64,000 nucleotides of DNA from Octopus sinensis (GCF_006345805.1 NC_043003.1:84320001-84384000); one strand, 5' to 3'. Shown: positions 1 to 13,914, counted from the stretch's first letter. Notes: a model not told the origin generated them from the letters alone. Translations and numbers: made by a program.

Positions 1-99
1 GATAAACGCGGATCTTGAAACTGAACATAAACCGTAACAATCTTACTTGTTTCGACGGTATACAAATAAATAGCTATCGCTTTTTACACAACAGAGCAT

Positions 100-415
100 A
101 TTCGAATGGTTAGAAAGTTCGATTTGCAATGATAAGGACTCAGCCTCGATACCACTGCGTGGCACCTTGGACAAATGTCTTATACTATATTCTTGAGTCA
201 ACCCAAATATTATGAATAAAACTGGGTTGATGGTAGATGGAAAATGTGTTAAAGCCTTTTGGATTCATTGTACCTACAATTCAAAGAATCAGCTTCGTCA
301 CACACTATATCACGCTGATTCCACCTGATGATTACGTTAAGAGTACACATGTCTATGGAATGATCAGCGACTTACCTTTTGATTCAAACAGCTGGTAATT
401 CAGTTGATCGGACAA
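100..415 (+). mobile_element. Old SINE with B-type head and tail D
   Basis: ctgcgtggcaccttggacaaatgtctt head followed by a decayed copy of tail D (tcacgctga...tacgttaagagtacacatgtct). Confidence 0.55.
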
Positions 416-1389
416 CAAAATACTTCTCGTCATATTGTTAAACGTTCTGTATCCGAAAGAATAATACTTTCAGTAGTACGCCAGCTCTTTACTTGAAACT
501 TAGTATCACTATTTTTGAGAGCCAGGTTAATTGAGATAAGAGATTTTATAGCCCACGCTTTTTCAAAATATAACGAAATATATGCAAGCAAATTTAGACA
601 CACAATTGACAAGACTATCTGATGCAAGGGTACGTAGCAAGTATTATTTACCTAAACGCACTTAACATACACACAAATGGACAAATGCTCTCTTTAATAA
701 GTGATAGCTAATGTATTTGGCTGTAAATGAGTACCATCTACGTGCAAGTGCACCTGTCATTCTTCAGTAGTTACATCCTCACTGTCACTAGGTCAAAAGG
801 TGAGGAGCCCGAGAGGGTGTCTATGTCTACTTTCGATGACACAGATACCTAAAACGACAAACAATAACATGGTACATGTTACAAACCCTATATAAGACAC
901 TATATATGCTATGTTAACAGAAGTCTTAAATTCAGTATCGTATATATTTCTTTTCAACTTGCTTTTATTACTTTTTATCTTTCTGTGATAAAAACAGCTC
1001 TCGAATTGTTAAACTCTCTCCTGTCTTATTCTTTGTGTATTTATATTTTCGTGTAACTCTTCTTCTTTTCTTGTTTAAGGTTTTTATAATTTCTACACTT
1101 TTCTATCAGTACTTCGCTTGTTTAATTCCATGTGTTGTTTGTTTTGTATCCTCCTTGCCTCATAATCTTTCTAGATTCATTTGTGTGATTTTCATTTTCT
1201 TATACCCTGCCTTTGCATAATGAATTATGGCTTGAACGTGGCATCACTAGCTTACCTTTTCTCAGTGGTAGTTGAATAATTATGTGAGTGGTTGGGTGGT
1301 TGGGTAATTATAGATTATATATTAATTTCATCATGTTAAACAGTTAATCCCTACAATTTTTTTCTCTCGCCGTTTTTTTTTTTTTTGTT

Positions 1390-1545
1390 CTCTCTCTTCA
1401 TTTTTTCCCCCACTTTCCTTTCTGTCGAAGATCGTAGGCTCGAAACATCAATGACTTTTCCATTCTTCTCGAACGTCAAACTAATACACCTGCTTATTGT
1501 TCCCTCATCTGTTCGTCTTTTGTTTTCTGGAAATTTGAACTATAT
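1390..1545 (+). repeat. Short Penelope-terminus-like repeat
   Basis: CTGTCGAAGA(G/T)CGTAGGCTCGAAAC motif and flanks shared with 30185-30380 (-) and 49625-49800 (+). Confidence 0.6.
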
Positions 1546-2927
1546 ATATATATAAACCTACAAATCCAACTGAGATCGTAACCTAGAACAGCAACAGCTA
1601 AATATAATTATACTCACATCTTGTATCGAGTACTTTTCTTTACGTTCGTTATAAGCAGCATATATATATATACCCATATACCTTTATGTATGTGTGTATA
1701 CCACCCCCACATAAACACACACACACACACACACACACAACACAACACACATATGAAAGAGATTCATAGTTATATAGAGTATTGACAGATTCACATATTC
1801 CATTTGCAAATATCAATGGTAATATAATTTTTTGTGTGTCAAATACTAGTAACAGAATCATGCAGAATGTTTGAGAGTGAAGTGTAAAAGAGCTGAAATG
1901 AACACTGATAGAAAAGAGAAAAAAAAACTGCTTAGAAGAAAGAAATAAAATGATACACAACTGTAGCTGTGTGTATGTAATAAAATCAAATCAATACATG
2001 ATGTCTACATTTACGAACATTGTACATTGGTTAGAGCTGAAAGCACAATAAATAGTGGCAAGATGGCGTAAATCGTTTCCCTCTCCAGCAATCGCTAATT
2101 GATTGTATACGTATAGTGAGCAATTTACGAAACAGCTCTTGTTAGTGATATACTTATATCTGTAGATAGACACACAGACAGAAAGTCAGTTTGAAAATCG
2201 CACATACACAAACTCTCTTTTCCATTCACACGCGCATGTGCGCGATCATGCAAATACGCAGAGCAAACTAAACAGCTATATACATGGAAACACAAAGGAA
2301 GAAACAAAGGATATATATGTGTGTGTGTGTGTGTGTCGGCGTTATAAGAATTGTATAAGCTTAGGGAAAAACGTGAAATAATTAATTCTTTTAGGTAAAG
2401 TTGTTCTCGAAGCACATTACATACAGCTATAAAAAGTAGCATGTCAATATTGGATTGACTTTTTCAATCCCAGAGGGGTTTTCCACCCGATTTTTACATG
2501 CTATTCTTTATAGCTTCAAGTTATGTGCTTCGAAAACCACTATTCCAAAGGGAAAAATGTTTCATATTCTCTCGAAAGTTAAAAAATTTTTCATGACAGC
2601 AACAACCCACAATTCTCACAGGTAAAAATAAAGTATCTAAAAGGAATAAAGAAATTCGAAGGATTACTTTGATACAATGGTAGAACGCCTGCCATGGAAA
2701 TGTGAGCTCGCGTCCCACGGACAACCTTCGAGTTTTTCTATCCAGAAAAGGGTTTTCCAACCTAATATTTATAGCTGCATATGAGGCGCTTCAAGAACCC
2801 TCATTCCCAAAATGAAGTGTATATATGTAAGTTCAGTAAAAATTTAAATTCAGATGAATATGGTACTTAAGTTGAAGGCACCAGAATTTAGTATGGTATT
2901 ATTCATACAATTTAAAATAAGGTGATT

Positions 2928-3115
2928 ATAATCAAAATAAGCAACAAGGATATCCAGAGGTAATGCAGTACGATCGTTTCATGCGACTCCATTAAATTGA
3001 ACAATGCAAACATTACATCAATTTCAAATGTACAGCAATCTTCAGCTGCACAAAAAACAGAATTTAATGAAACGATCGTACTGCATTACCTCTGGATATC
3101 CTTGTGCTTATTTTG

Positions 3116-3120
<5 letters not shown>
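2928..3120. repeat. Inverted repeat, ~55-bp arms with an 84-bp spacer
   Basis: 2928-2982 versus 3067-3120, one indel. Confidence 0.92.
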
Positions 3121-3185
<65 letters not shown>

Positions 3186-3725
3186 CACACACACACTCAC
3201 ACACACACACACACACATACACACACACACATACACACATATATCAATGCAAGGAGACAGGATCGTGCACGTATACTTGTATACATCACAATTGTATCTA
3301 GAGGATGATGGCTTCTGATGGACTACACCACAGGGCAACGTATAGGTGTACAGTATATAAATACATATGCATAAAAACACATATTAGACGGTCAATCGTG
3401 GATCTATTTTAATAATTAGAAGTTCCTTGTTCGAAATTCAGGCTATGCACATCCTATACGTAGTCACACGCATACCAGCTTTCATATATACACATAAATA
3501 TCATACCCTGCTGTTTAAACGAGAATGGATTTATTGGATAGTGTAGTTCTTGTTATGCTACGTCTTATAATGAATATGGAATGATCGTGCTAGGAACATC
3601 TTCGATCCTTGGTTTGCTTGATCAAGATCAATCTAGGTCTAAATAACAGTGACGATTAAAAGAGAAACAATATCAAACGAGAAATTTCCAATTTCACGCA
3701 CGTACGCACATACATACACACACAC

Positions 3726-3789
<64 letters not shown>

Positions 3790-5926
3790 GCACGCACGCA
3801 CACACACAAACACACAAAAACTCTCTCTCTCTCTCTTTCTCTCTACCTATGACATTTCTCTAAAACTTTCTCAATGTCTTGAAAATCTGATTAGAAGTTT
3901 TACAAAAAATATTAGATGAAACAATAACAATATGGTGTGTAACATTTCAGATCGATTGATTATTTTCAAGTCAAAGGTATTAGTTACGTGATTAACACAC
4001 AGGGCACTGGTTTCGTTTCAGAACAATGTGTTAATATGTCAGTTACACGCAAGAACGACGCAACATCGCCTTACACGCAATCTACACACGATCGATGCTG
4101 GCCAACATTTTTTCTTTTACTAAATTTAGTATAATGAGACTTTTGTCACCCTACACTTGCAATGCTGTTTTTATTATTATTCTGCTATTAATAACAATCA
4201 GGTTTCTTTTAGCATTGTACCATCACAAGAGTTCTAAGAATCTTGGGATTTTTATTTTTGCTCCAGCAAAAAAATTATGTAATTATATTCGAAATTAAAG
4301 CATGTGTGTTTATCATGAATAGAAGTAAGTTCAGTTGTATCTCCCAGATATTTTCCTCCGTAAAACAAACAGGGTTCTGATAGAAATCAGAATGAATTTT
4401 ATTATTAGATAATATATTATTCATGAAGATTGTTGTCATATATTGTTTTACCTAACAAGAAATTCATGGAATGCACATGAATTACAGAGGATTGCGAGAC
4501 AATATATAGTTATATAAACAGATATAGGTATATACTTATGATATGGAATTGGCAGACAATATATATATATGAGAGAGAATATTCATAGAGATATTATCAT
4601 TGTTATTATTATCTGTGTTAAATATAATATATAGATGATAATAATAACAACAATAATATAGATGGTTACAGGTATGAAATACCATCAAAATAAGTAAAAA
4701 TTTTAAATCAGTACTAAGCAAAAGGACGCACTGGGCTTCTAACCTGTTTAGAAATAGGAGTCAAACTAAACCCCATTGGATCAACGCCCAATGTGTTCCT
4801 TTTGTTTAGTGCTAAGTTTAGATTATATATATTTATATATATATAAGGCAAAATGCGCTAAGGTGGGATTTAAACTAGGTAGCCATTTTTGTCCGTCGCT
4901 CTATCTATTCGGAAAAATTCACTGTCTGAAGGTTAATATTAATAACTTCTTTCTATCATATGCATAAGGACTGGACTCTTACTGGAAGGAGTTGCTCGAT
5001 ACCATGGACCTCAGTTCTCGTGCTAGACTTGTACTTTATTTTAACGACCCAGAAAGGTCGAAAGACAAAATTGGTCTCTAAAGGATTAGAACTCAGAATA
5101 TAGAGTGGCTTACCTAATAACTGCAAGGTATTTTGTCCAGTTTTCTAATAATATCGCTAATTCAGCGCATCTCGCTAAAATATATATTAATGTCTAACAT
5201 AGATACATGACTTGAAATTCAAAAGCGAAGAACAGCCAATTATATCAATCCCAGCAATTGATATTACTTCAGTTTATAAATCCTGGAAGATGGATAGCAA
5301 AATCTAGCTTTGAACTCAGAATGTAAAGAGTCGTAACTGAATATGACATTCTAATGATTCTACCAATCTACCTTTCTTAGATAAATAATTATCAATAAAA
5401 CTTTCTTACATAGACACAAGTCTATAAGTGTTTATGGAAAGAAAACGGTCAATTATGTCAAACCCAGTACTGAACTGATACTTATTGTATCAAATCCGTG
5501 ATAGATGACAAGCAAATTGAACTTCGGCGGTATTTGGACTCAGAACGCAGGAGGCCGGGACAAATACGCTCTATCAATTCTCTTAAATTTTAGGAATATA
5601 ATTATGCGACCTTATACTGCATAACCGTGTTAGCAACGACACCAAAGTGCATGTGAACGACTCAACTTAAATAAGTATTTATAAATGTTACACTGATAAG
5701 CTAATATCATTTACTCTCAGTCGTCTTATACGAGGATAGTATTTCAGAAACTTAATCACTAGACATAACGCGCCAGAGAAGTCTAACACAAACTAGTAAC
5801 ACACTGCAATTCCCTTCTTTATGACTGAAGCAAATACTAGAATATAAATATGGAATAGCTATAACGTGAATGGTTAAGGTTTTATGAAAAATTAAAATTA
5901 CACATTTATAAGTATCACACACACAC

Positions 5927-6146
5927 AATATTGCTTTCAAATTTTGGAACAAGGTCAGCAATTTCAGAGGAGGGAGTAAGTCGATTACATCAACCCTAGT
6001 ACTCAACTGGTACTTATTTTATCGATCACGAGAGAATGAAAGTCAAAGTCAATCTCAGCGGACTTTGAACTCAGGATGTAAAGCCGGACGAAATGCTACA
6101 AAGCATCATCGCCGCGGTGCTAACGATTTTGCCAGCCCACCGCCTT
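5927..6146 (-). mobile_element. tRNA-derived SINE, family A (head GGCGGCGAGCTGGCAGAA)
   Basis: A/B-box-like head (GAGTTCAAA) and body GCCTTTCATCCTTTCGGGGTCGAT shared with many copies in the window; diverged copy. Confidence 0.8.
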
Positions 6147-6246
6147 ACATACACATAAAATATTATAACATATTTTATATTAGCGTAGTATTATTCACGT
6201 TAATATGTATTTGATCTCTGTAACAATATCATAAAATTTTCTCCAG

Positions 6247-6328
6247 GTGGTTTGTTGCGCTTCAGCGTTCCATTGCGCTTGGATCATCCAATGCAGACGC
6301 TCCAAATAGCCACAATGGTGAAACGCAC
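6247..6328 (+). CDS. Candidate exon (82 nt, phase 2 to 0): WFVALQRSIALGSSNADAPNSHNGETH
   Basis: Acceptor aaattttctccag|, donor CAC|GTAGGT; GC-rich island; open frame. Confidence 0.3.
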
Positions 6329-6510
6329 GTAGGTAACGAATGATATAAATTTGTGTTTATCATAATTTCTCCGACATCTGCTCTGTATGTTATAACCAGT
6401 AATACGACTAACTAATATTAGTAACCACGCCACTATAGTGAATGATGACGCTCTTCGTGAAGCTCTAAATTCACCAATAGCAGTCGTACATCTAACTGCA
6501 CACACAAGAT

Positions 6511-6911
6511 ATATTCTTTTCTAGTCTAGGCACAAGGCCCGAAATTTTGGGGGAGGGGGTTAGTCGAATAGATCGCCCCCAGTACGTAACTGGTACTTAA
6601 TTTATCGACCTCGAAAGGATGAAAGGCAAAGTCGACCTCGGCGTTATTTAAACTCAGAACGTAAAGATAGACGAAATACCTATTTTTTTACTACCCACAA
6701 GGGGCTAAACACAGAGGGGACAAACAAGGACAGACACACGGATTAAGTCGATTACATCGACCCCAGTGCGTAACTGGTACTTATTTAATCGACCCCGAAA
6801 GGATGAAAGGCAAAGTCGACCTCGGCGGAATTTGAACTCGGAACGTAACGGCAGACGAAATACGGCTACGCATCTCGCCCGGCGTTCAAACGCTTCTGAT
6901 AGCTCGCTGCC
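6511..6911 (-). mobile_element. Family A SINE dimer
   Basis: Two family A units joined at gaaatacc|tattttttta (about 6680). Confidence 0.9.
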
Positions 6912-8084
6912 TTACACACAAGATATATTGAACACACACGCGTACGCACACGCGTACGCACACGCACACGCACACACATGACATCATATAAATGTATGTA
7001 TGCGCACACACATGCGTGACTTTGTACAGAAACTTTTCTTTTAATGTTAATTAAATATCTGAAAGAGAAGAGTTATTACTTATGAAACGTAAAAATGTGC
7101 CTAGGCTTGAAAATTAGTCATTAGAAGAAATGAAGTTCATAAAACACATGAAAGACGAAAGTAGGCCGTAAAGATCCTCTTAAACGCTAATTAGATAAAT
7201 TATCAGCAGACTTAGTTTTAATTGTGAGGGCTAAGGAAATTGTTTATATGAGGTTGTAACTCATGACTCTCTGGAAGTTATAATCTTCTGGTTATTTAGT
7301 CTCCAATTCAGTTTTAAGACAAAAGACAATGTCTGCTCGATGATCAAGTATATATAGGATCAATTTCCTGCAAACCCTGACTATTGAGACCTATAAGCAA
7401 AAACGTTCCAGCCATGGTCATTTTATCTATATTTTAAGTATAATCTACTGTGAAATACATTATCGAATGTGTCATTTTCAAGAAAGACACGGTGTCATTA
7501 GAGTGAATATTGGCTACCATTTCCAACATGTATGTTATTTCTACAATGTTCAAGTCATCTTGTAGATGGGAAGTGGAAGTCACTAATGAAAATATATAAT
7601 TAACGAGTGTTTCGTCAGCTTCCTCGGGTTGTCTCGTAGGTTTACACCACGACTGAAATTCTCATAAGGTTGCAATAACCCCCAAAATTTACATCATCAC
7701 CGCGCCAGAAGACGATATTAATTTTTTTTTGCCTCTGCACGGTAGCTCGACCTGCTAGAAACAACAGCTAAATCTCTCTCCTAAGATACATTTAAAAAGG
7801 AAGACGATCCTTGATTACAAAATATATAAGGATATGTAAAATACGAGATTGTCACGGATAGAACGCCCTTGATCAGAGATGACACGGGGGTTAGTAAACA
7901 ACATACTAATCATGTAGAATCATTCTCAAGATGACGGTTCGAAATATTTGAATGTGTGCGTGTTACTCACAGATATTTAACCAGTTACGGAGGTGCCATC
8001 CACAGGAATGATTGAGCAATACACAGCAATAACAACATTTTCTCCTTTCAGGCTTTCGGGATCGATAAAATCAGAACACACCAT

Positions 8085-8410
8085 ACAATCGATGACATAA
8101 ATACCCGGTACGCAGTAATAAATAAAAGTTTCCAGTATAGTTGATCACAATTGTACGTACATGGTATACAATCAGTATTATTGTATTCGATATACAGTCA
8201 ATATTATATGTACCCGGTATACAGTCAATAACATAAGTACTCGGTATACAGTCGATAACACTAGCAACCAGTGTCCAATCAGAAACAAGTATTCGGTATG
8301 CTGTCAATAGCATTTATAACATAAGTACCCGGTATACAGTTAATAGCATATAGTTAATAGTATAAGTACCCAGTTTACAGTCAATAGCATAATAACCCTG
8401 TTGACAATCA
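8085..8410. repeat. Degenerate ~27-bp minisatellite
   Basis: Recurring tacagtcaataacataagtacccggta-like units. Confidence 0.7.
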
Positions 8411-8618
8411 TTAACATGTATAGCTCAGAATGCTTTGGGTAATATATCTACCCAGTACATTGTATTACTGATGGTTATTACTGATGTCTTCATGATCATT
8501 GCTGAGATCTATAGGACAAAATCATTCACCTTTATTAGTTGTTTTACAAATCCGGCCATCAGAATATGGAGATAAAAGAAATTCCCCCTCAGTCGGAGTT
8601 GAATTCCGAAACAGAAGT

Positions 8619-8930
8619 CGCATGGCTCAGTGGTCAGAGTATCGGGCTCACAATCATGAGGTAGTGAGTTCAATTCCTGGACGGGCTATGTGTTGTGCTC
8701 TTGAGCAAGACACTTTATTATACGTTGTTCCTGTTCACTCAGCTATAGAAATGAGTTGAGACGCCACTGGTGCCAAGATGTATCGGCCTATGGAGAGGGG
8801 AGTGCTGGTATGCATGAGCGCTTGCTGGTCTTCCATAAACGACTTTGCTCGGCCTTGTGCCGGCGGAGTGTAACTCTCTAGGTGCAATCCCATGGTCATT
8901 CATGACCGAAGAGGGTCATTTCCTTTTACT
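8619..8930 (+). mobile_element. tRNA-derived SINE, family C
   Basis: Head ggctcagtggtcagagtatcg..., CORE-like ctcttgagcaagacacttt; colinear with 60146-60478. Confidence 0.85.
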
Positions 8931-9210
8931 CTTTATAACTAAACATTCAAGATAAATCAATACAGTCATTGATCATCATTCATTAATGCCGAGGCATTAG
9001 ATAATATTATGAAAGGGGGTAATATTGTCAACGATTTAACTGAATTAAGTACTTGGCTGATTCTTATTTTGTCGGTCCCAGAAGGAAAATGGATACAACT
9101 CTACAATCCCAGGATCTGAACTCAGAATTAAAAAGGGCGTTGAACAAACACCGCCAGGTATTTTGAATTTTACTTAAGTGAGTTTGCCATCTAACGCCCT
9201 TTAATAATAA

Positions 9211-9426
9211 TCTTTACTTTTACTATAGACACATAGCCTTAAATTTTGACGTGGAGAAAAGTCGATTACATCAGCCCTAGTGCTCGACTGGTGCTTATTT
9301 CATTGACCTTCGAAAGGATGAAAGGCAAAGTTGACCTAGACGGAATTTGAACTCAGACCGCGAAGACGGACGAAATGCCGCAAAGCATTTCGCCCGGCGT
9401 GCTAACGGTTCTACCATCTCGCCGCC

Positions 9427-9428
<2 letters not shown>
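9211..9428 (-). mobile_element. Family A SINE
   Basis: Matches the other family A copies; abuts a (TAA)n tract. Confidence 0.85.
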
Positions 9429-9488
<60 letters not shown>

Positions 9489-9599
9489 TCATTTTTGACG
9501 ACGGCGATGATAAAGATGATGATGATGATGGCGATAATGTCAATGATGATGACGATAAAGTTAATGAAGACTGACTGATTCCAAATAAACCCTCTGTAG

Positions 9600-9685
9600 T
9601 TGTGTGCAAATAGCTGTAAATTGCAGTTAGGTGCAGAAGATTTAGTAATGCATATAGCGCCAGTGCAACAGAATACAAATCCCAA
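9600..9685 (+). CDS. Candidate exon (86 nt, phase 0 to 2): LCANSCKLQLGAEDLVMHIAPVQQNTNP
   Basis: Acceptor ccctctgtag|, donor CAA|GTGAGT; open and phase-compatible with 6247-6328. Confidence 0.25.
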
Positions 9686-11314
9686 GTGAGTGCGCGTTTA
9701 ATTGGAGACCCGAAATACCAGCGTGAATAAGTTCAGAAAAGAAATCTAAGTAACGAGTCTACTCTAACGAACTTTTAGAAGAGAACATTCTATTTAGTTT
9801 TTGTGATATTCTTTGATAGCAGTATTTAACTCAACTTGAAACAATTCACACATACTTAATGCATTAGCTAAGTGTTTTTATGTAAATATCATTATCGATG
9901 GAGAAATGTATGCACAATTTGGGTTCGTAAGATTGCTTACATGCACAAATTAGAAATACATTTTCTGTATAAAACGTGCGGTTTCTTGGAAAATATTTAC
10001 GCTAAGGGCGAAGATTTAGGATATGCTATGAGTATACTTATTTTTACACAACGTTTCAACTTTGAATCTTCCATATCAGAGGTAGGGTTCTTTTCTTTTA
10101 TGTAAAAAAAAAAAAGCCACATTAAACTAATTGTCATCTGGCAAAGCCACATTGAAGTTAACTGCCACGTGACAACGATGCATTGAAGTTAACTGCCATC
10201 TGACAAGGCTCGATTTCAAAATCCTTTTTTTGTTCTGCTACACTTATTGTTTATAAAATATAATTATTCATTAAAGAAACAAAAGCTAAAATATGTTACA
10301 TATCGTATAAAAGGCAGCGTTTTAGATTAAAAACATATTTACTATTATAACATCGGATTTCTATTATTTAAACACGGCCGTAATTACTGTAAACAAGCAA
10401 TTACAAGTGAGGATGAAGAAAAATAATAGATGCTTCTGAAATTAGCCATAAGGTGGAAAGATAGGCTTTACATTAAACTAAATCAACAAAAATATATTCC
10501 AGTATAACGATTTTCTTTCAAAATTTTACCTCTTTCAGAAGATCACGAGCGGCCTTAAAGTCGCAAATTCCTCGCCTTCGTCCTATTTATTTTACATACA
10601 TGACCGTTGTTCCGATATACTTTTTATTTGCATATCGTGTAAAACTTGGCTTTAGAACTGACCGTGCACTTCACCTCCTTATTAGTGAGTACGTCTGCAT
10701 AGCCGGAGACAACTAAACACGAAGTCAGTGGTTCTTATTCTGTCAGACTTATACTCACAAATGTTTCAACGCATTTAGCTGCAAATATGCAGTCAGGATA
10801 AATCATTGTTTCTAAGTTAGCTGTAGTACTGCGCATTTTGAGGCCGGAATAAATCAAGCTAGTACTTCATCCTGCCGGCGTTGATAAGTACTAAAGTGAA
10901 CTCTGGCGGAAATCGAACGTAAAAGGACGCAACTAAATACTTTTGTTCTACTGATTCTACCAATCCATAGGCTTTTATTTATTTATTTATTTTTTCAGAA
11001 GACGATACTTAATAGTTTTAGATACTCTACTTCATTGAGGTTATTATTACACCATAGCTATTCTGTAATGATTTCACTATAATGAATATATATTACAAGT
11101 AATATGTAAGAACTATGCGTTGAAAGAGTTTATAAGTATACATAACGAGATTATGAGAATTATATATTTTACAAAGACTTAAAATAATAGAAAAAAGGAA
11201 AAGCTGAAAGAAAATGACAAATCCTTCTGTAGTCGCTGTGGCTGCATGCAGCAAGAGATGTCGCAGCAACCACAGCAACAACAGTAATAAGAGCAGCCAA
11301 CCCATGCACGAATG

Positions 11315-11430
11315 CTAGCTAGGTGTTTTGTTGAGTAACCCACCACTGTCTGCATGCCCGCTTCCTCCGTCAGCCGTTAGCCGGGGTCGAACGTAGGTAG
11401 AAGTCAGCTGATACCCTGATGACGACTTGC
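11315..11430 (-). CDS. Candidate terminal coding exon: (x)KSSSGYQLTSTYVRPRLTADGGSGHADSGGLLNKTPS*
   Basis: Strong acceptor gtgttttttcactaacag|; GC/CpG-rich relative to flanks; phase-1 frame open to TAG. No homology recognised. Confidence 0.3.
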
Positions 11431-11522
11431 CTGTTAGTGAAAAAACACATTTGATATAGATTTGGTTTTATTTAAAAATAATTCAAATTTTATAAACTAA
11501 AATTTATATAGAACTTATACCA

Positions 11523-11564
<42 letters not shown>

Positions 11565-13914
11565 CACGCATACGCACACACACACACGCACGCACATGCA
11601 CACACACGTACCCACACGCACACACACACATCCCCTCTCTCTCTCTTCGTAATGTTGCTTCAAAAACAGCAATGTAATATCGTGAGGTGTGTGTGAATAG
11701 AATATTTACAAGACTAGATTGATTACAAACAAAGGTCAGGAAATATTTTGTTCTATTCTAATAACATATAACAATACATTTTTATGATAGACCCGTTCGC
11801 CAAGTTGTTCTAAGTGTTCACATTGATTAGAAATGAACGCAGAAACATGAAATGCATCTATAACACGTGGTTACACATTGATGCTAGAATAAGTTCCTTC
11901 ACGAATCCAGTTCAATGCAATGAGTCAGGCTTGGTTGAATTTTCGTTATTAAGTAGATCTCTGACTACTAAACTGATCTGGATTTACGGAGATGAGTATT
12001 CTAGCATCAACGACCAAGCACGAATTAGATATTCATGTTACTGCATTTAGTTTGGCCCTTGTGAATACTTAAGAACTCATCTACCTTATATGTGCTCAGT
12101 GGATCAATAAATAATAAAATCAGTAAATAAAAGAATAAAAGTGAAGTTTATTGCCTTATAAAGTTACAATTAGGAATTCTTTATTCACGCATCTCCAGTT
12201 CTTTATATATTATATTATATTATATCCTATTATATTATATCATATTATAAAGGATATTATTATATATTATATCATTACATCATTATATATTATATTTTAT
12301 TATCTTATTATTATTTCTGGCTCGCTCTGTGTAATTCAAAAACTTCGATCATCTTAAGGGACAGAGAAAAGGATAACTGGAAGTGCCTGTTGAACAATTC
12401 TGTATCAACTCTCAAAACTCCGGTATGCCTCAGTGAAATGCGATAAGACTATCCACATATAACTCGTGAAACAAATAAAGTAGAACAGAAAAGGATGAGA
12501 TAACGTGTAATTAACCTACATCACGTGAGTGTGAAATACAATAAAATGTGAGATGCTCCCAAACCACTGTTTGTGTTTTTAGGCCTGATATTTGTTCTGG
12601 TTTTACGATGTCAAGTAAATGAGAAATAATCTCATAGACAGGAAACCAATCAATAGGAGAGAATATGTTTAGTTTGTTACTGTTGCTTTTCTTATTCAGC
12701 TACAGATTAAGCTTTAATGAGACCTACAAGCAAGGTTGCTCCAGCCGGGATTATCACGTCATATATCTTGGACTACATTGTTCGAAGTGTCTTTTCCTTT
12801 TTTTTTAAGACAGTAAGTTGTGGATTAAGGAAGAATTACTATTTCTAGCAAGTAGGGCAAACGTAGAGCCTATTTCATTACTTCACAACATGCTATTTAA
12901 TTTAGAAGCTGTTAGCGGTAACAAAATGAATTGAGGAATATGCAGATATACATCGAGTCACTTGCAATGAAATCCATATCCTGTGAAAGCAATACCATAT
13001 AAATTCAGGTATTTCCCTCCTGAGCTAATAAAATGGCTCCTGGCTCAAATCCTTACCCACACGCAGCTTGATGCTGGATTGTGCTCAACAAAAATTGCCA
13101 TCAATTTTAGACATTACATGACGAACAAATCTCCAGCAGTACCTCGCTGATCCAAGAAGTTAATAATCTACTTCTACAAAGCAGTGGAAATAGTGTATGT
13201 TTAAATACGTCCACAGACAAACAGAAAAACTTGAAGAAAAGAAGGATTGTAGCACAGTAAAATCTCCTTATACCGCTAATACTGCTATCGCCTTTGCCTA
13301 TTGTTTATGCACAGATCAGTACTAAATGAGCAGACCAAAGATCGAAAAGTGCTATAAATGAAACCATCCGGATTTTTTTATGCATTTCTACCTATATTCT
13401 ACAATATGTCCTTTCTGAAGATGGCAGGCTTGGACAAGAGGAAATTTCTCGCAGGACAGGGGCTTGCTTAGAGACTTCCTTAATTAATTCGGTGAGCAGT
13501 TACGATGTAACAACTACACGCTTTTAAACCTATAAGCTGATACACGAAGTTGATTTTTCAACAGAACTTGCAACTTACTGTTCAGTAAAGCGATTGCCTA
13601 CAAGCGTGTGTTCCTGAAGATGATCGAAGAATATAACGATCTAAATACGATATATTAGTCTAAATAAAAACACGAAAGCTAAAGTATAAAGTCTAACCAA
13701 AGATAATTTACTATACTGTTGCAAGCTATTACAAGTGCGGTAAAAATTATGATTTGCATGTATAGATATATATATATATATATATATATACATACATATA
13801 ATTGTATACGCGTATATATATATATATACACACATAAATTACACACACACACACACATATATATACATATATATATATACATGTATGTATATATATATAT
13901 ATATATATATTATA

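Noticed and set aside
4950-5590. Several very decayed family A-like SINE relics (also near 9040-9200, 10830-10975, 18610-18670, 38270-38370, 58430-58620)
   Set aside because: Probably real, but too diverged to give boundaries, so not listed as features.
13009-13150. Alternative plus-strand exon YFPPELIKWLLAQILTH... with faint PTB-like resemblance
   Set aside because: Weak acceptor, a stop before any good donor, and it conflicts with the 13111-13194 candidate; the resemblance is too slight.
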